The translations under genes were made by a program, and so were the position numbers. This document shows positions 1-11,939 of a stretch of 64,000 nt of DNA, piece by piece; position 1 is the stretch's first letter; each line of letters begins with the position of its first letter. The DNA lies in contig OZ024761.1 of assembly GCA_964016885.1 (NCBI GenBank), positions 17,794,001 through 17,858,000 of the forward strand, written 5' to 3'. The notes under the pieces are model-generated. The model made no database searches and was not told the DNA's origin. It was given only the letters and a program-made list of their open reading frames with translations. The stretch is from Eledone cirrhosa (Eukaryota).

Positions 1-1400
1 ATGTAAATATGCTGTGTGCGTGCGTGTGTGTGTGTATATATGCTGCTTGTGTGTGTGTGTGCATGTGTATGTGCGTGTGTATGTATATATGTTGTGTGTG
101 CGTGTGTATATATGCTGCTTGTGTGTGAATGTATATATGCTGCTTGTGTGTGCGTGTGTATATATGTTGCGTGTGTATATATGCTGCTTGTGTGTGAATG
201 TATATATGCTGCTTGTGTGTGCGTGTGTATGTATATATGATGGGTGTGCGTGTGTATATATGCTGTGTGTATGTATATATGCTGCTTGTGTGTGAATGTA
301 TATATGCTGCTTGTGTGTGCGTGTGTATATATGCTGCTTGTGTGTGAATGTATATATGCTGCTTGTGTGTGCGTGTGTATGTATGTTGCGTGTGTATATA
401 TGCTGCTTGTGTGTGAATGTATATATGCTGCTTGTGTGTGCGTGTGTATATATGCTGCTTGTGTGTGAATGTATATATGCTGCTTGTGTGTGCGTGTGTA
501 TGTATATATGATGGGTGTGCGTGTGTATATATGCTGTGTGTATGTATATATGCTGCTTGTGTGTGAATGTATATATGCTGCTTGTGTGTGTATGTATATA
601 TGCTGTGTGTGTATGTATATATGCTGCTTGTGTATGTATATATGTTACTTGTGTGTGTATGTATATATGCTGTGTGTGTATGTATATATGCTGCTTGTGT
701 ATGTATATATGTTACTTGTGTGTGAATGTATATATGCTGCTTGTGTGTATGTATATATGCTGCTTGTGTATGTATATATGTTACTTGTGTGTGAATGTAT
801 ATATGCTGTGTGTGCGTGTGTATATATACTGCTTGTGTGTGTATGTATATATGCTACTTGTGTGTGTGTGTATATATGCTGTGTGTGTATGTATATATGC
901 TGCTTGTGTGTGTATGTATATATGCTGTGTGTGTATGTATATATGCTGTGTGTGTATGTATATATGCTGCTTGTGTGTGTATGCATATATGTTACTTGTG
1001 TGTGAATGTATATATGCTGTGTGTGCGTGTGTATATATACTGCTTCTGTGTGTATGTATATATGCTGTGTGTGTATGTATATATGCTGCTTGTGTATGTA
1101 TATATGCTGCTTGTGTGTGTATGCATATATGTTACTTGTGTGTGAATGTATATATGCTGTGTGTGCGTGTGTATATATACTGCTTCTGTGTGTATGTATA
1201 TATGCTGTGTGTGTATGTATATATGCTGCTTGTGTGTGTATGTATATATGCTGCTTGTGTGTATGTATATATGCTGCTTGTGTGTGTATATATGTTACTT
1301 GTGTGTGAATGTATATATGCTGTGTGTGCGTGTGTATATATACTGCTTGTGTGTGTATGTATATATGCTACTTGTGTGTGTGTGTGTGTATATATGCCAT
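1..1400. repeat. Complex TG/TA-rich minisatellite
   Basis: Variable ~20-26-bp units GTATATATGCTGCTTGTGTGTG. Confidence 0.95.
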
Positions 1401-1430
1401 GTATATGATAATAGTTAAAGCAACACTTAC

Positions 1431-1496
1431 TGAGGTCCAACATCAATCTGTTTCTTGCTGACATTCAACTTATCAGTCGGCCAATTCAGTTGAAAC
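1431..1496 (-). CDS. CEP192: Cep192 coding exon 30 (last in window)
   Basis: gagcag / GTAAGT, phase 2/2, FQLNWPTDKLNV. Confidence 0.82.
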
Positions 1497-2784
1497 CTGC
1501 TCCAAATAAAAACATCCATATTATAAGATTTCTGTTGACTGGAGAGGAGTCTAATTTGGTTTACAGGGAAAGTGTGTGGGGGAGGGGGTTATGATTTGGT
1601 TTATAGCAGGGAAAAGCGGATGTAAAATGATGATGATGATGATGATGATGATTCAGACATGTATTGTACAAGTTACGACATTTGTTTAATAAATATAGCC
1701 TTTTGAAATATATTCAAAATGTTAAGAAAGCCAGAGATAGGAAATTTTTATTTAGAAATATAGTCATTTTGATACACCCTGTATAATTTGGTTTATGGGG
1801 AGAGACAGGTAAGATTCCGATTTGGTTTATGGGGCGGTAAAGTTGGCTTACAATTTGGAAAGATAGACATGGAGTGAGATAGAGAGAAATAGATTGGGGG
1901 GGGGGGGGGGGGGGGCAGAGATTTAACCCTAGTGGTAAGGGTGTTGGACTTACGATCGTAATGTCATGGGTTCGATTCCTGGGTTGGGTTGAGCAACAAG
2001 TGTTCTTGAGCGAAAAACTACATTTCCCATTGCTCCAGGATACTCAGTTGAAAATGAGTAGCAGCAATAACTGTCCAGGGAGCAGTCTTGTCCTCTCAGT
2101 CGCTTCACTCCATGAAACCGGGATATGCACTGGCTCAACGCACTGCTTGCAGCACACAAAGGCTTCCATGCATATATACTACTAGATTTTCATGGTAAAG
2201 GCTTTACCTCACACAATTATCTCATATAATATCGAATCTATGAGATTTTGATATTATTTATTTTGAAAACAATACCTTAACATCAATATGAGTGACCGGT
2301 TACAGCCAGTTTGAACAGGAAGAGGTAAGAAAATTCTGGCCGGATACAGCTGGTTTAAATGTTAACGGGATAAAGAAAAAAATTAGAAATAGGGTAGAGA
2401 GAGACTGAGAGGGACAGGGAGAGCAAGATAGATGGTGAAAGGGTCAGAGACAAGGAGAGAGAGAGAGTACTTAACTTTGCTAGGTTTCAACCATGTCTAA
2501 CTTAATAGCACCACCTGGCAAAGTCTTTCAAATCAGAATTTGCACACCATGGCCCACTCAAGTAAAGAGTTATTGTTTATGGAGGCATATCCAGGTGTAG
2601 GAGGTTTATCCGGGATTTCTTGAAGGAATTTGTCCAAAGACTTTTTGAATTTTATGGGGGTCAGTTTTTGTTTTAATGTGTTTTGGGTGTAATGTTAAAG
2701 AGAGCAGAGCCAATTGAAGTGAAATAATTGTGCCGTAATGTTATGAGATGCGAGTATAATGTAAGTTAAATATCATTACTGTAC

Positions 2785-2830
2785 CTCACTGCAATTTCAC
2801 GAAAGTTGATGATGTAAAACGTCTGGGGAT
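2785..2830 (-). CDS. CEP192: Cep192 coding exon 29
   Basis: ccacag / GTACAG, phase 1/2, TFYIINF. Confidence 0.8.
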
Positions 2831-2972
2831 CTGTGGACAAACAGACAGACAGATTATATTGATGTTTGTTGAGGGGATGATGTTATAAAAATGTGAAATG
2901 TTTTCAAATTCGAAACATTTTTGATGGCTAAGTATTTCATATTTTATATTTTGTTCAAACATTACACACATT

Positions 2973-3010
<38 letters not shown>

Positions 3011-3012
<2 letters not shown>

Positions 3013-3156
3013 TAACTGAACAAAAAGAAAAACGAACACAGACATATACATATATGTGTTCAAATCGTAAGGGGCCAGATTCGCTAATCTGGTCCCTTAC
3101 GATTTGAACACATATATGTATATTTCTGTGTTCGTTTTTCTTTTTTGTTCAGTTAT
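3011..3156. repeat. ~70-bp-arm hairpin flanked by (TA)n
   Basis: Near-perfect inverted repeat centred ~3083; adjacent 3185-3245 is the reverse complement of the 24377-24437 tail. Confidence 0.85.
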
Positions 3157-3388
3157 ATATATATAACATAGGTGTTGTAAGATACCAGATGGACCATAAC
3201 GTACCAGAGTACTCAATACTTAGGGTAGTAGAGTGGGTAATAGGATATGGATATGTATGTACTGGGGGGGGGGGGGGGGGTATAATTAATGTTTAAAGAT
3301 TAATTATCTTAGATATGGCATAATTATAAGAATCAGTTCTTGGTTAAAAGATAAAAGAAAGAAATAAAGGTTTTTCTTTCCTTCTTAC

Positions 3389-3768
3389 CTTTGCCATGGA
3401 GCGTCAACTGTCCAGGGTTAAGAACCCAGAACTTCTTTGATGGTGATGGTTTCTTAGATAGTGATGGTGCTGGTGCTGGTGATGATGATGGTGGTGGTTG
3501 TGATACAGTCTGTTTATGAGCTGCTGGGGGCTGTTGTGGACTCGACATGTATGAAGACAAGCTGAGGAGGCTGTCACCACCGGGAGCTGCTACAGCAAAG
3601 TTTGTGGTGGCGGGGGTGGCGGAGCTGGAGTGGTCAGTACTGAGGGCGACATCCGGGTTGAAGGTGGCATCAGCATCCAGAGGATCAATCAAGCATGAAG
3701 AGTAGCCGGACACAAGCGATGCCTTTTCGACATCTTCCATGATGGAAGGAGACAAAATTACCATACTC
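3389..3768 (-). CDS. CEP192: Cep192 coding exon 28
   Basis: tttcag / GTAAGA, phase 2/1, S/P-rich linker ending FWVLNPGQLTLHGK. Confidence 0.85.
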
Positions 3769-4214
3769 CTGAAAACATTCAACGGAAATTTCAATGAAGA
3801 GAAACAAATGAAGGAATGATACAACTTGCCTCTAATGCGACAGACCTGTCTAACCCATGCTAGCATGGAAAATAGACTTTAAATGAGGATGATGATGACT
3901 ATATTGTATTTTCACGGTAAAGGCTTTATCTCACATGATATCAAATCTATGAGATTTTGACATTATTTATTTTGAGAACAATACCTTAACATCAATAGGT
4001 GGTTAGTTATGGCTGGTTTGAACAGAGGTGAGGAAATTCTGACCGCATACAGTTGGTTTAAATGCTAAAGGGTTAAGTTAGTGTTTGGAACATAGCTTAA
4101 CAAAGGTTCTGAGATAATATTATGCTGGAAGATATTTTCAGAGAAATATAAATATTCTAAATTCATTTTGATAGCAACCTGGCCAAAACCAGCTCTAGTT
4201 CTATTAAACTTAGA

Positions 4215-4570
4215 TGCCCACTTATTCCTGAGAGGGTCGTGGGGGAAGGGTCCTCAACAACTCTCTCCAACAAATACTGTCAGAAGCAACCATCTCCAAC
4301 TGATCTGGCTAGATCCCCAAGTGAGACCAGCCAAGCTCATAGATGTTATCCAACCATCTTGCTCGGAGTCTACCCCTGGGTCTCCTACCAGTTGGTTTCA
4401 CCCATAAAATTTGTCCAGTGATTCTTTCCTGAAACATTCTAACCACATGTCCATAGTATAGGAGCTGGGATCTCTCAATTCAGAGAAGTAGTGGCTCTAC
4501 CTGGAGTGACTCTCTGATCTATGAGTTATGTACTTTATCGAGTAATTTTACTCCAAGGACCCTTCGGTTC
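4215..4570 (-). mobile_element. 3' fragment of a second RTE-like LINE family
   Basis: Shared with 53430-53755, 58305-58375 and 59145-59395 (GHVVRM...WLDNI). Confidence 0.75.
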
Positions 4571-4994
4571 CTATTTAAAATCTTCCAACATAATCTTATA
4601 GATATAGTGTGAGAAGTTCATGGTCGGAACGCCTTCTATCATATGTCAATCAAGGTTGACCAAGGGTTAAACAATACAAACACCATCTACATAGTATTTA
4701 TACATTAAATATAACACTCACACACATACAGATAGGCAGATATGCATGGACACATAGACACACAGACATACATATAAAAAGACACATATACAGACACAAA
4801 TGCATAAACAGATATCCACATGCTGATACCCACACATATACACACATTCAGATTGACTTACACACACACCTATACATTCACATATAGACACACACAAACA
4901 CTTATACAGCAATACACATAAACACCTCTACACTAACACACAAACACCTCTACACCCATATATCCTCACATTCACACAGTTCTATGCCAATACA

Positions 4995-5386
4995 GCAAGA
5001 TCCAGAGAGACATGACCTCTGACATACGACCGTGACCTCTGGCGTCACGCAGTAATAGAGTACCCGACCTCCCATGGGTACAAGCTGAAGCATATAGACA
5101 ATATGCCCCCACACCCTCCCACTGCAAAGTGGTCGTGGAGGTGCCACGGCAAAAAAGCACCCAGCCCACACTGTAAAGTGGACATGTAGGCGCCACGGAA
5201 AAAAGCACCCAGCACTCACTGTAAATGAGGTTGGTGTTAGGAAGGGCATCCAGCTGTAGAAATCAAGCCAAAATCAGTTCCTGTATGAGCAAGGCATGGT
5301 CAGCCGACCAGACACTGCCCACAACAGGACAACCCGTCTAACCCATGCTAGCATGGAAGAACGGACGTAAAACGATGATGATGATG
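4995..5386 (+). mobile_element. RTE 3' end fragment
   Basis: Matches the 3' UTR and tail of the 27.6-kb element. Confidence 0.85.
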
Positions 5387-5441
5387 ACATGGTATTATAG
5401 AAATAGAAAGATTGGTTGAGGAATAAGAAATATCAACTTAC

Positions 5442-5505
5442 TCTTCATTGTCTAACATTTGGTTACTGGTGGAATGTCTGATACAGTTCCCTCGGTTCAC
5501 TATTG
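5442..5505 (-). CDS. CEP192: Cep192 coding exon 27
   Basis: tttcag / GTAAGT, phase 1/2. Confidence 0.78.
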
Positions 5506-5541
5506 CTGAAACAACAACATATATAAGTATATGTGTGTGTG

Positions 5542-6882
5542 TATATATAAAACTGAAATTGTCTGTGTGTGTGTGTGTATTGTTGCTGTGCTGATAAGCG
5601 TTCTGGCATTGATACACTGGTTGGATGCCCTTCCTAACACGATGTGTGTGTGTCCTAATTTTTGCAAAGTCTATACAAATCCACATTTCTACTCCAATTG
5701 ACTTCAAACTTGCATTTATATATTCCTTGCGGTCTAAAGATATTAACTGCAGCTTTTATTTTTCAATTTTCTGTTGTTAAAGGGGTGCTAGGTGCCGGTT
5801 TTCTATCTCTCTGTCTTTCTTAGTCAGTCTTTTTAGATAGATCCATAGCTATAACGTCGCACACTTATAATATGTCTGTATGTCTACTATCTGCATTACG
5901 ACATTATGAAAACATTATTCTCATTGCTGACGTATTATCTTCGCTATTTTCCGTTCATTGTCAGGGAACGTCTTCATGAACCACAGTATAGTCTTCCTGT
6001 TTTCCTTTGGTTGCATCCACAGGCCAACATGGAATGGACTTCATAGTAGTCAGTTTATTGAGGTAGAAACAGAAAGGTCTCAAATATGCCGTCCAAAAAA
6101 CACATTGACAACAACGAAAAACGCTAACATCAACGCAGAATGATACATTGTAGGTCGCTTTAACCCGTCTTTTATTAATCAAAAAACTTCTTGCCAATAA
6201 ACATTAACCCTTTGTGCGCCATTCATCTAACTGTAGACCAACAAATACCAACTAAACGGAGCGTTGACAAGAACGATGGCGAATGACTCTTTGAGGGAAG
6301 CAGTTTCCTCCCGAGCTGTTAGTTCACGCGGGATTCTCTGCTACACTTTTTCGTAATAATACCGAACGTATTGCTGGTCGCTCCTTCCTTCAAAAGCCGT
6401 ACAAAGCGGACATGTGCATTGGGCAGATGGATCGGGTGCAAATCTACACCAGGTCTACGCGAGAAATTTGCAAGGGACTGCACCGAGAGGGATAGAGAGA
6501 AAGAGTAACTTAGTGGAAAGAGTGCGAATGAACTTTTGAGGTAAGTAGCCTACGCCTTACTGCTATGACACTGGAACCTTCTGCCAACTTAACCTGTGAC
6601 TTTCTCTTTCACAGTTACTCCAATAGGCCAAAATAGAGTGGAAACGCCAGGAGATAACTGTCACAGAAGGAGTATGAAAAGAAGGGGCTCAACAATATTT
6701 CTATGAACAATGCACGTAGACAGCTAAACTGTACTTTCACCTTCTTAATTTTCTCCAAATAAAACAAGTTCCCTGTCGGTATATTTTCGTGAGTTTTTAA
6801 CAGGCACTCACAAATAAACGTTTCTCATTGGAGGTGCTATTACCAATGTTCTTACCCGTGCAATGCCAAGATACACTGCTAG
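5542..6882 (+). mobile_element. Non-autonomous Helitron-like element
   Basis: 5' TATATATAAAACTGAAATTGTCTGTGTG; 3' CCCGTGCAATGCC..CTAG|T. Confidence 0.7.
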
Positions 6883-6939
6883 TATATATATATATATATA
6901 TATATATGTGCGTGTGTATATATATATGTGTATATATAT

Positions 6940-8505
6940 TTACGCTACTCGACCACAGCAACAGCATGATAAATAGGATTAGAAAGAGTTTAATTAGATT
7001 TTTCAAAAACCTGGGCCTCAGCATAGACATAGAAAATAATAGAAAGATAGTTAACTTCCTGGACGTTACCCTCAATCTAGAATCCGGCCTCTACTACCCG
7101 TACCACAAGCCGAACAAGTGCCCCAAGTACGTAAATGGCAACTCCAGCCATCCCGGTTCAGTCAAGAGGGCCATAGTAAATAGCGTATCCTGTAGTATCA
7201 GTGGAGGCACATGGAGGCACATAGCGTATCCTGTAGTATCAGTGGAGGCACATGGAGGCACATAGCGTATCAGTGGAGGCACATGGCATAGTGGTTAGAG
7301 CATTGGCCTTGCAATCGAAAGGTTGTGAGTTCAATTCTCAGACCGGGTGATGTGTTGTTTCCTTGAGCAAGACACTTTATTTCACATTGCTCCAGTTTAC
7401 TCAGCTGTAGAAATGAGATGATAGGGACTGGGGTCCCTATCATTCCACTGCAAAGTGGTCGTGGAGGTGCCACGGCAAAAAAGCACCCAGCACTCACTGT
7501 AAATGAGGTTGGTGTTAGGAAGGGCATCCAGCTGTAGAAATCAAGCCAGAATCAGTTCCCGTCCCACCCTTGCAAGCAGGGAAAAGTGGACGTAAAATGA
7601 AATGATGATGATGTAGGATTTCTTCTCTGTCAGCTAGCCAGGAAACCTTCAATAGCGTAGTTAGCTATTATAATAATGCAGGTTACCAGGAGAAAATTAA
7701 GTATATACCCAATCTAATGAATAACGTTACCACTGACAGTAACACGTCGGAAGGAACCAACGATGGGGACAACACAACTAGGACTACATTACTCATCCCT
7801 GAAACCACACTACAGAATAATCCTACTGCTAACCATGGCTTATTAAGAACGGACTTCGCCTACATTGGAAAAGGAGGTAGACAGCACGGTGTGGAGGTGT
7901 GGGCCCGGGGGGTGAGCGTGGAAGGTACGAGCCGCATCCCTCGCTACGAACGGGGACCACTCAGTTTGGGGTGCTCCGATCGGCATAACAAACCCACTGG
8001 GCAACAACGAACTGGGGGGCATAGCCCTTCCAGACGCCCACGGCAACTGCATTACGCATACTCAGACGGAATGGGTGCAGGGACTGGTGACTACAACAGG
8101 AAGTGAACCTGTTCCCGCAATATCATTTGGTTTAACCCCGCCATCTGCGCCGGTTTGCGCAACAACCTAGCGGCCTCTTTTTTCAGGGCTTTGGATAAGC
8201 ACTTCCATAAGCAGCACCGGTACCGCGCCATTTTCAACAGGCACACTATTAAATTGTCCTACTCCACAACTAGAAACTTAGCGCAAAATATAGAAGCCTT
8301 AAACCGAAGTAGATTGAAAAACGTCCGCGACTCCGGGGAGACCACCAACTGGGATAAGGCGCACCACGCAAATGCCCCTTCCTTCGATGATAACATCTTG
8401 AACCATGAACGACCAAGGAATCATACAATGCGATCCGGTGATCCGGGCAGCAACACCCCCTCCGAGTTGTAACTGTAGAAACCCCAGTAACTGCCCCCTG
8501 GAACA
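6940..8505 (+). mobile_element. Decayed Penelope-like retroelement fragment (RT C-terminus and linker), interrupted by a SINE
   Basis: VNFLDVTLNL, YHKPN..YVN..SSHP, NIIWFNP, IFNRHTIKLSYS and CNCRNPSNCPL motifs; contains a stop and frameshift; starts at a (TA)n tract. Confidence 0.85.
7275..7613 (+). mobile_element. tRNA-derived SINE family A, full length
   Basis: A box TGGCATAGTGG, B box GTTCAATTC, CORE-like middle, RTE-like 3' end, (ATG)n tail. Confidence 0.9.
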
Positions 8506-8836
8506 ACACTTCCGGTTAGCGCCAGTTATATTATAACACTTATTACATCGCTTATATAAACATTCATATATTTCCGTCGCTAATTTTCTCCTAATTGCAG
8601 TTTATATATAATATCATCTTTTTTAAATGTATCGTGGATTACTTTACTGATTACAGAAGACAGTGTAACACAGTCTCTCTTCAATTTCTGAACATATTCT
8701 GAATTACGATTTTATTTGACGTGTCATATCTAAATAGATATATATTGGTGTATAATATCAATATGCACACATGTTAGCAGAAAACCACCCGAAGGGTGTT
8801 TTATCTGCTAGTAATAATAATAATAATTATAATTAC

Positions 8837-8935
8837 CATCGTTGTTATATGTGGGCAGCTGAGCAGTGACATTGATGATGGACAAATTAGCAAAGAAAAC
8901 AGAAAAACCGCTCTCACTACAATAGCCAGCATTAT
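8837..8935 (-). CDS. CEP192: Cep192 coding exon 26
   Basis: tttcag / GTAATT, phase 1/1, VFFANLSIINV. Confidence 0.8.
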
Positions 8936-9123
8936 CTGAAAATATAAAGATTGAGGCAAAAATGAATTACTAAACCATGGTTATTAATTATGCAATTATA
9001 ATTACTCAACTCCATAACTAATTATCTAACACTCTGCTGTCTTAAAATTGGGAAGGACACATGAGATAATGTAGTCCTAACTATACTATGTCTGAATAAA
9101 AGATGGGATGGCCATGACTGGAA

Positions 9124-9333
9124 CATCATCATCATCATCATCATCACCGTTTTAAGTCCGTTCTTCCACGCTAGCATGGGTTAGACGGGTTGTCCTGTTG
9201 TGGGCAGTGTCTGGTCGGCTGACCATGCCTTGCTCATACAGGAACTGATCTGGCTTGATTTCTACAGCTGGATGCCCTTCCTAACACCAACCTCATTTAC
9301 AGTGAGTGCTGGGTGCTTTTTCGTGGCGCCTAC
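9124..9333 (-). mobile_element. RTE 3' tail fragment
   Basis: Same 3' UTR sequence with (CAT)n. Confidence 0.85.
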
Positions 9334-10384
9334 GGTGACCATATACATACACACACACACACATTTATATACATATTTCAGCCTAGATCAATTAAATCAG
9401 GGCTAACTACTAATATATAATATATCATCATCACCGTTTAACGTCCATTTTTCCACACTGGCATGGGTTAGACGAGTTATCCTGTTGTAAGCAATGCCAG
9501 GTCAGGTGACCATATACATACACACACACACACATTTATATACATATATCTAGTATATCTACCATATCTTCTTTGTCCACTTATTCCTGGGAGGATTGTG
9601 GGCGCAGAGTCTTCAAGTTGATGATGATGATGATGGTAATGATGTTGATGATGTTAATGATGATGTTGAGGATAAAAATAATGATGATGATGTTAATGAT
9701 GATTATGTCAACGATCTGTTGTGTGCCCAACAGCTGTGTTAACCATGGCTTATCACAGCCAGTTTAATGTTGATATTAATGATGATGACAATATACTATG
9801 TTAACCCTTTAGCATTTAAACCAGCCATATCCGGCCAGAATTCTCTCACCCATTTCTGTTCAAACTGGCCCCAACCAGCCCCTCATACGTACACTAAGGT
9901 ATTGTTTGCAAAATAATATCAAAATCTCATAGATTCGATATTATGTGAGATAATAGTGAGGTAAAGCCTTTACCGTGAAAATACAATAGAATATATAGAG
10001 TAATGTAAATGCTAAAGGGCTACCATGGCTATTCACAGCCAGTTTAATGTTGATGATGATGCTGATAATGATGCTGATACTGATGACAATGTACTGTGTT
10101 AATCTTGATGTTGATAATGATTTCTACTATAGGCACAAGGCCAGCAATTTTGGGGGAGAGGAAAGTGCATTACTGGTGCTTTGTTTTATCGACCTCATAA
10201 AGATGAAAGGCAAAGTTAACCTCGACGGGATTTGAACTCAGAACGTAAAGGGCCATACATTATACTGCAAAGCATGGTGTCTGATGCTCTACCGATACTG
10301 CCAATTCACCGCCCTACCATTGATGATGATGATGATGACAATGTACTGTGTTAACCATGGCTCTTCACAGCCAGTTTTACTTAC

Positions 10385-10485
10385 AGTTCATCTCTGGTGT
10401 GCTGTCTTCATCAGCAAAAGCCACCATAAACCACTCACAATAATTCCAATTGTGTTTACTCTTTGTACCAAGTTTTGTCATCAGC
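10385..10485 (-). CDS. CEP192: Cep192 coding exon 25
   Basis: ttttag / GTAAGT, phase 2/1, FMVAFADE. Confidence 0.82.
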
Positions 10486-10519
10486 CTAAAACAACACATA
10501 ACACACATGATATGGATAC

Positions 10520-11212
10520 AAGCTGTTTATACACAACACTTACACATCTACAGTTATTACACACAACCTTTACACATCTACAGCTCTTATGCACAACACT
10601 TACACATCTACTGTTACCATATACACAACCATTACACATCTACACATAGAACACACAAATTTTCCAGTTATTTACACACAACCTTTACACATCTACAGCT
10701 CTTACACATCTACTGCTACCATATACACAACCATTACACATCTACACATAGAACACACAAATTTTCCAGTTATTTACACACAACCTTTACACATCTACAG
10801 CTCTTACACATCTACTGCTACCATATACACAACCATTACACATCTACACATAGAACACACAAATTTTCCAGTTATTTACACATAACCTTTACACATCTAC
10901 AGCTCTTACGCACAACACTTACACATCTACTGCTACCATATACACAACCATTACACATCTACACATAGAACACACAAATTTTCCTGTTATTTACACACAA
11001 CCTTTACACATCTACAGCTCTTACGCACAACACTTACACATCTACTGCTACCATATACACAACCATTACACATCTACACATAGAACACACAAACTTTCCA
11101 GTTATTTACACACAACCTTTACACATCTACAGCCACTATACAAACATTTACACATCTACAGCAACTACACACAACCTTACACAGCTACTATACACAACCA
11201 TTACACATCTAC
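10520..11212. repeat. Higher-order CA-rich minisatellite
   Basis: TTACACATCTAC subunits arranged in ~100-120-bp repeats. Confidence 0.9.
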
Positions 11213-11247
11213 AACTGGTATACTAGAATTCAAGAAGGGTGTCTCAC

Positions 11248-11342
11248 CATCTCATGTGTTGCCGAGCCACTTCGTCGCCATGGTATACAGTTATATAAGC
11301 AGGTAAGCTTAAGGCCCCTTTCTTACATGTCAGTGTTACATC
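11248..11342 (-). CDS. CEP192: Cep192 coding exon 24
   Basis: ctttag / GTGAGA, phase 0/2, VYHGDEVARQHMR. Confidence 0.88.
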
Positions 11343-11521
11343 CTAAAGTAAAATAGATGATATATATACATATGTGTGTGTGTGTCTGTACATATATATA
11401 TAAATATATATATGTTGGTTGTTTACCGAAATGATGGCTGTCACCGAAATATATATAGCAGTACATCTTTAATAAACAAAGCCAAATTTTAAATATTTGA
11501 CTTAATTATTTTATTTTATAT

Positions 11522-11852
11522 TTCATTTCATTTCATTTTTACGTCCGCTTTTTCCCTGCTTGCAAGGGTGGGACGGGAACTGATTCTGGCTTGATTTCTA
11601 CAGCTGGATGCCCTTCCTAACACCAACCTCATTTACAGTGAGTGTTGGGTGCTTTTTTGCCGTGGCACCTCCACGACCACTTTGCAGTGGGATGATAGGG
11701 ACCCCAGTCCCTATCATCTCATTTCTACAGCTGAGTAAACTGGAGCAATGTGAAATAAAGTGTCTTGCTCAAGGAAACAACACATCACCCAGTCTGAGAA
11801 TTGAACTCACAACCTTTCGATTGCAAGGCCAATGCTCTAACCACTAAGCCAT
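11522..11852 (-). mobile_element. SINE family A
   Basis: Near-identical to 7275-7613. Confidence 0.9.
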
Positions 11853-11939
11853 GATATATATATATCATCATCATCATCATCATTTTACATCCGCTTTTCT
11901 CTGCTTGCAAGGGTATATATATATATATATATATATTTG

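Noticed and set aside
1-1464. Many Cys/Val/Tyr-rich ORFs
   Set aside because: Translations of a TG/TA minisatellite
6230-6490. Captured gene fragment within the Helitron
   Set aside because: GC-richer patch but no recognisable protein in the frames examined
7270-7527. Recurrent [20 protein letters not shown] family
   Set aside because: Antisense translation of SINE/RTE tails
8104-8106. In-frame TGA in the Penelope-like ORF as selenocysteine
   Set aside because: Lies in a basic NRK*T tract best explained by CGA to TGA decay; element is otherwise disrupted and no SECIS was identified
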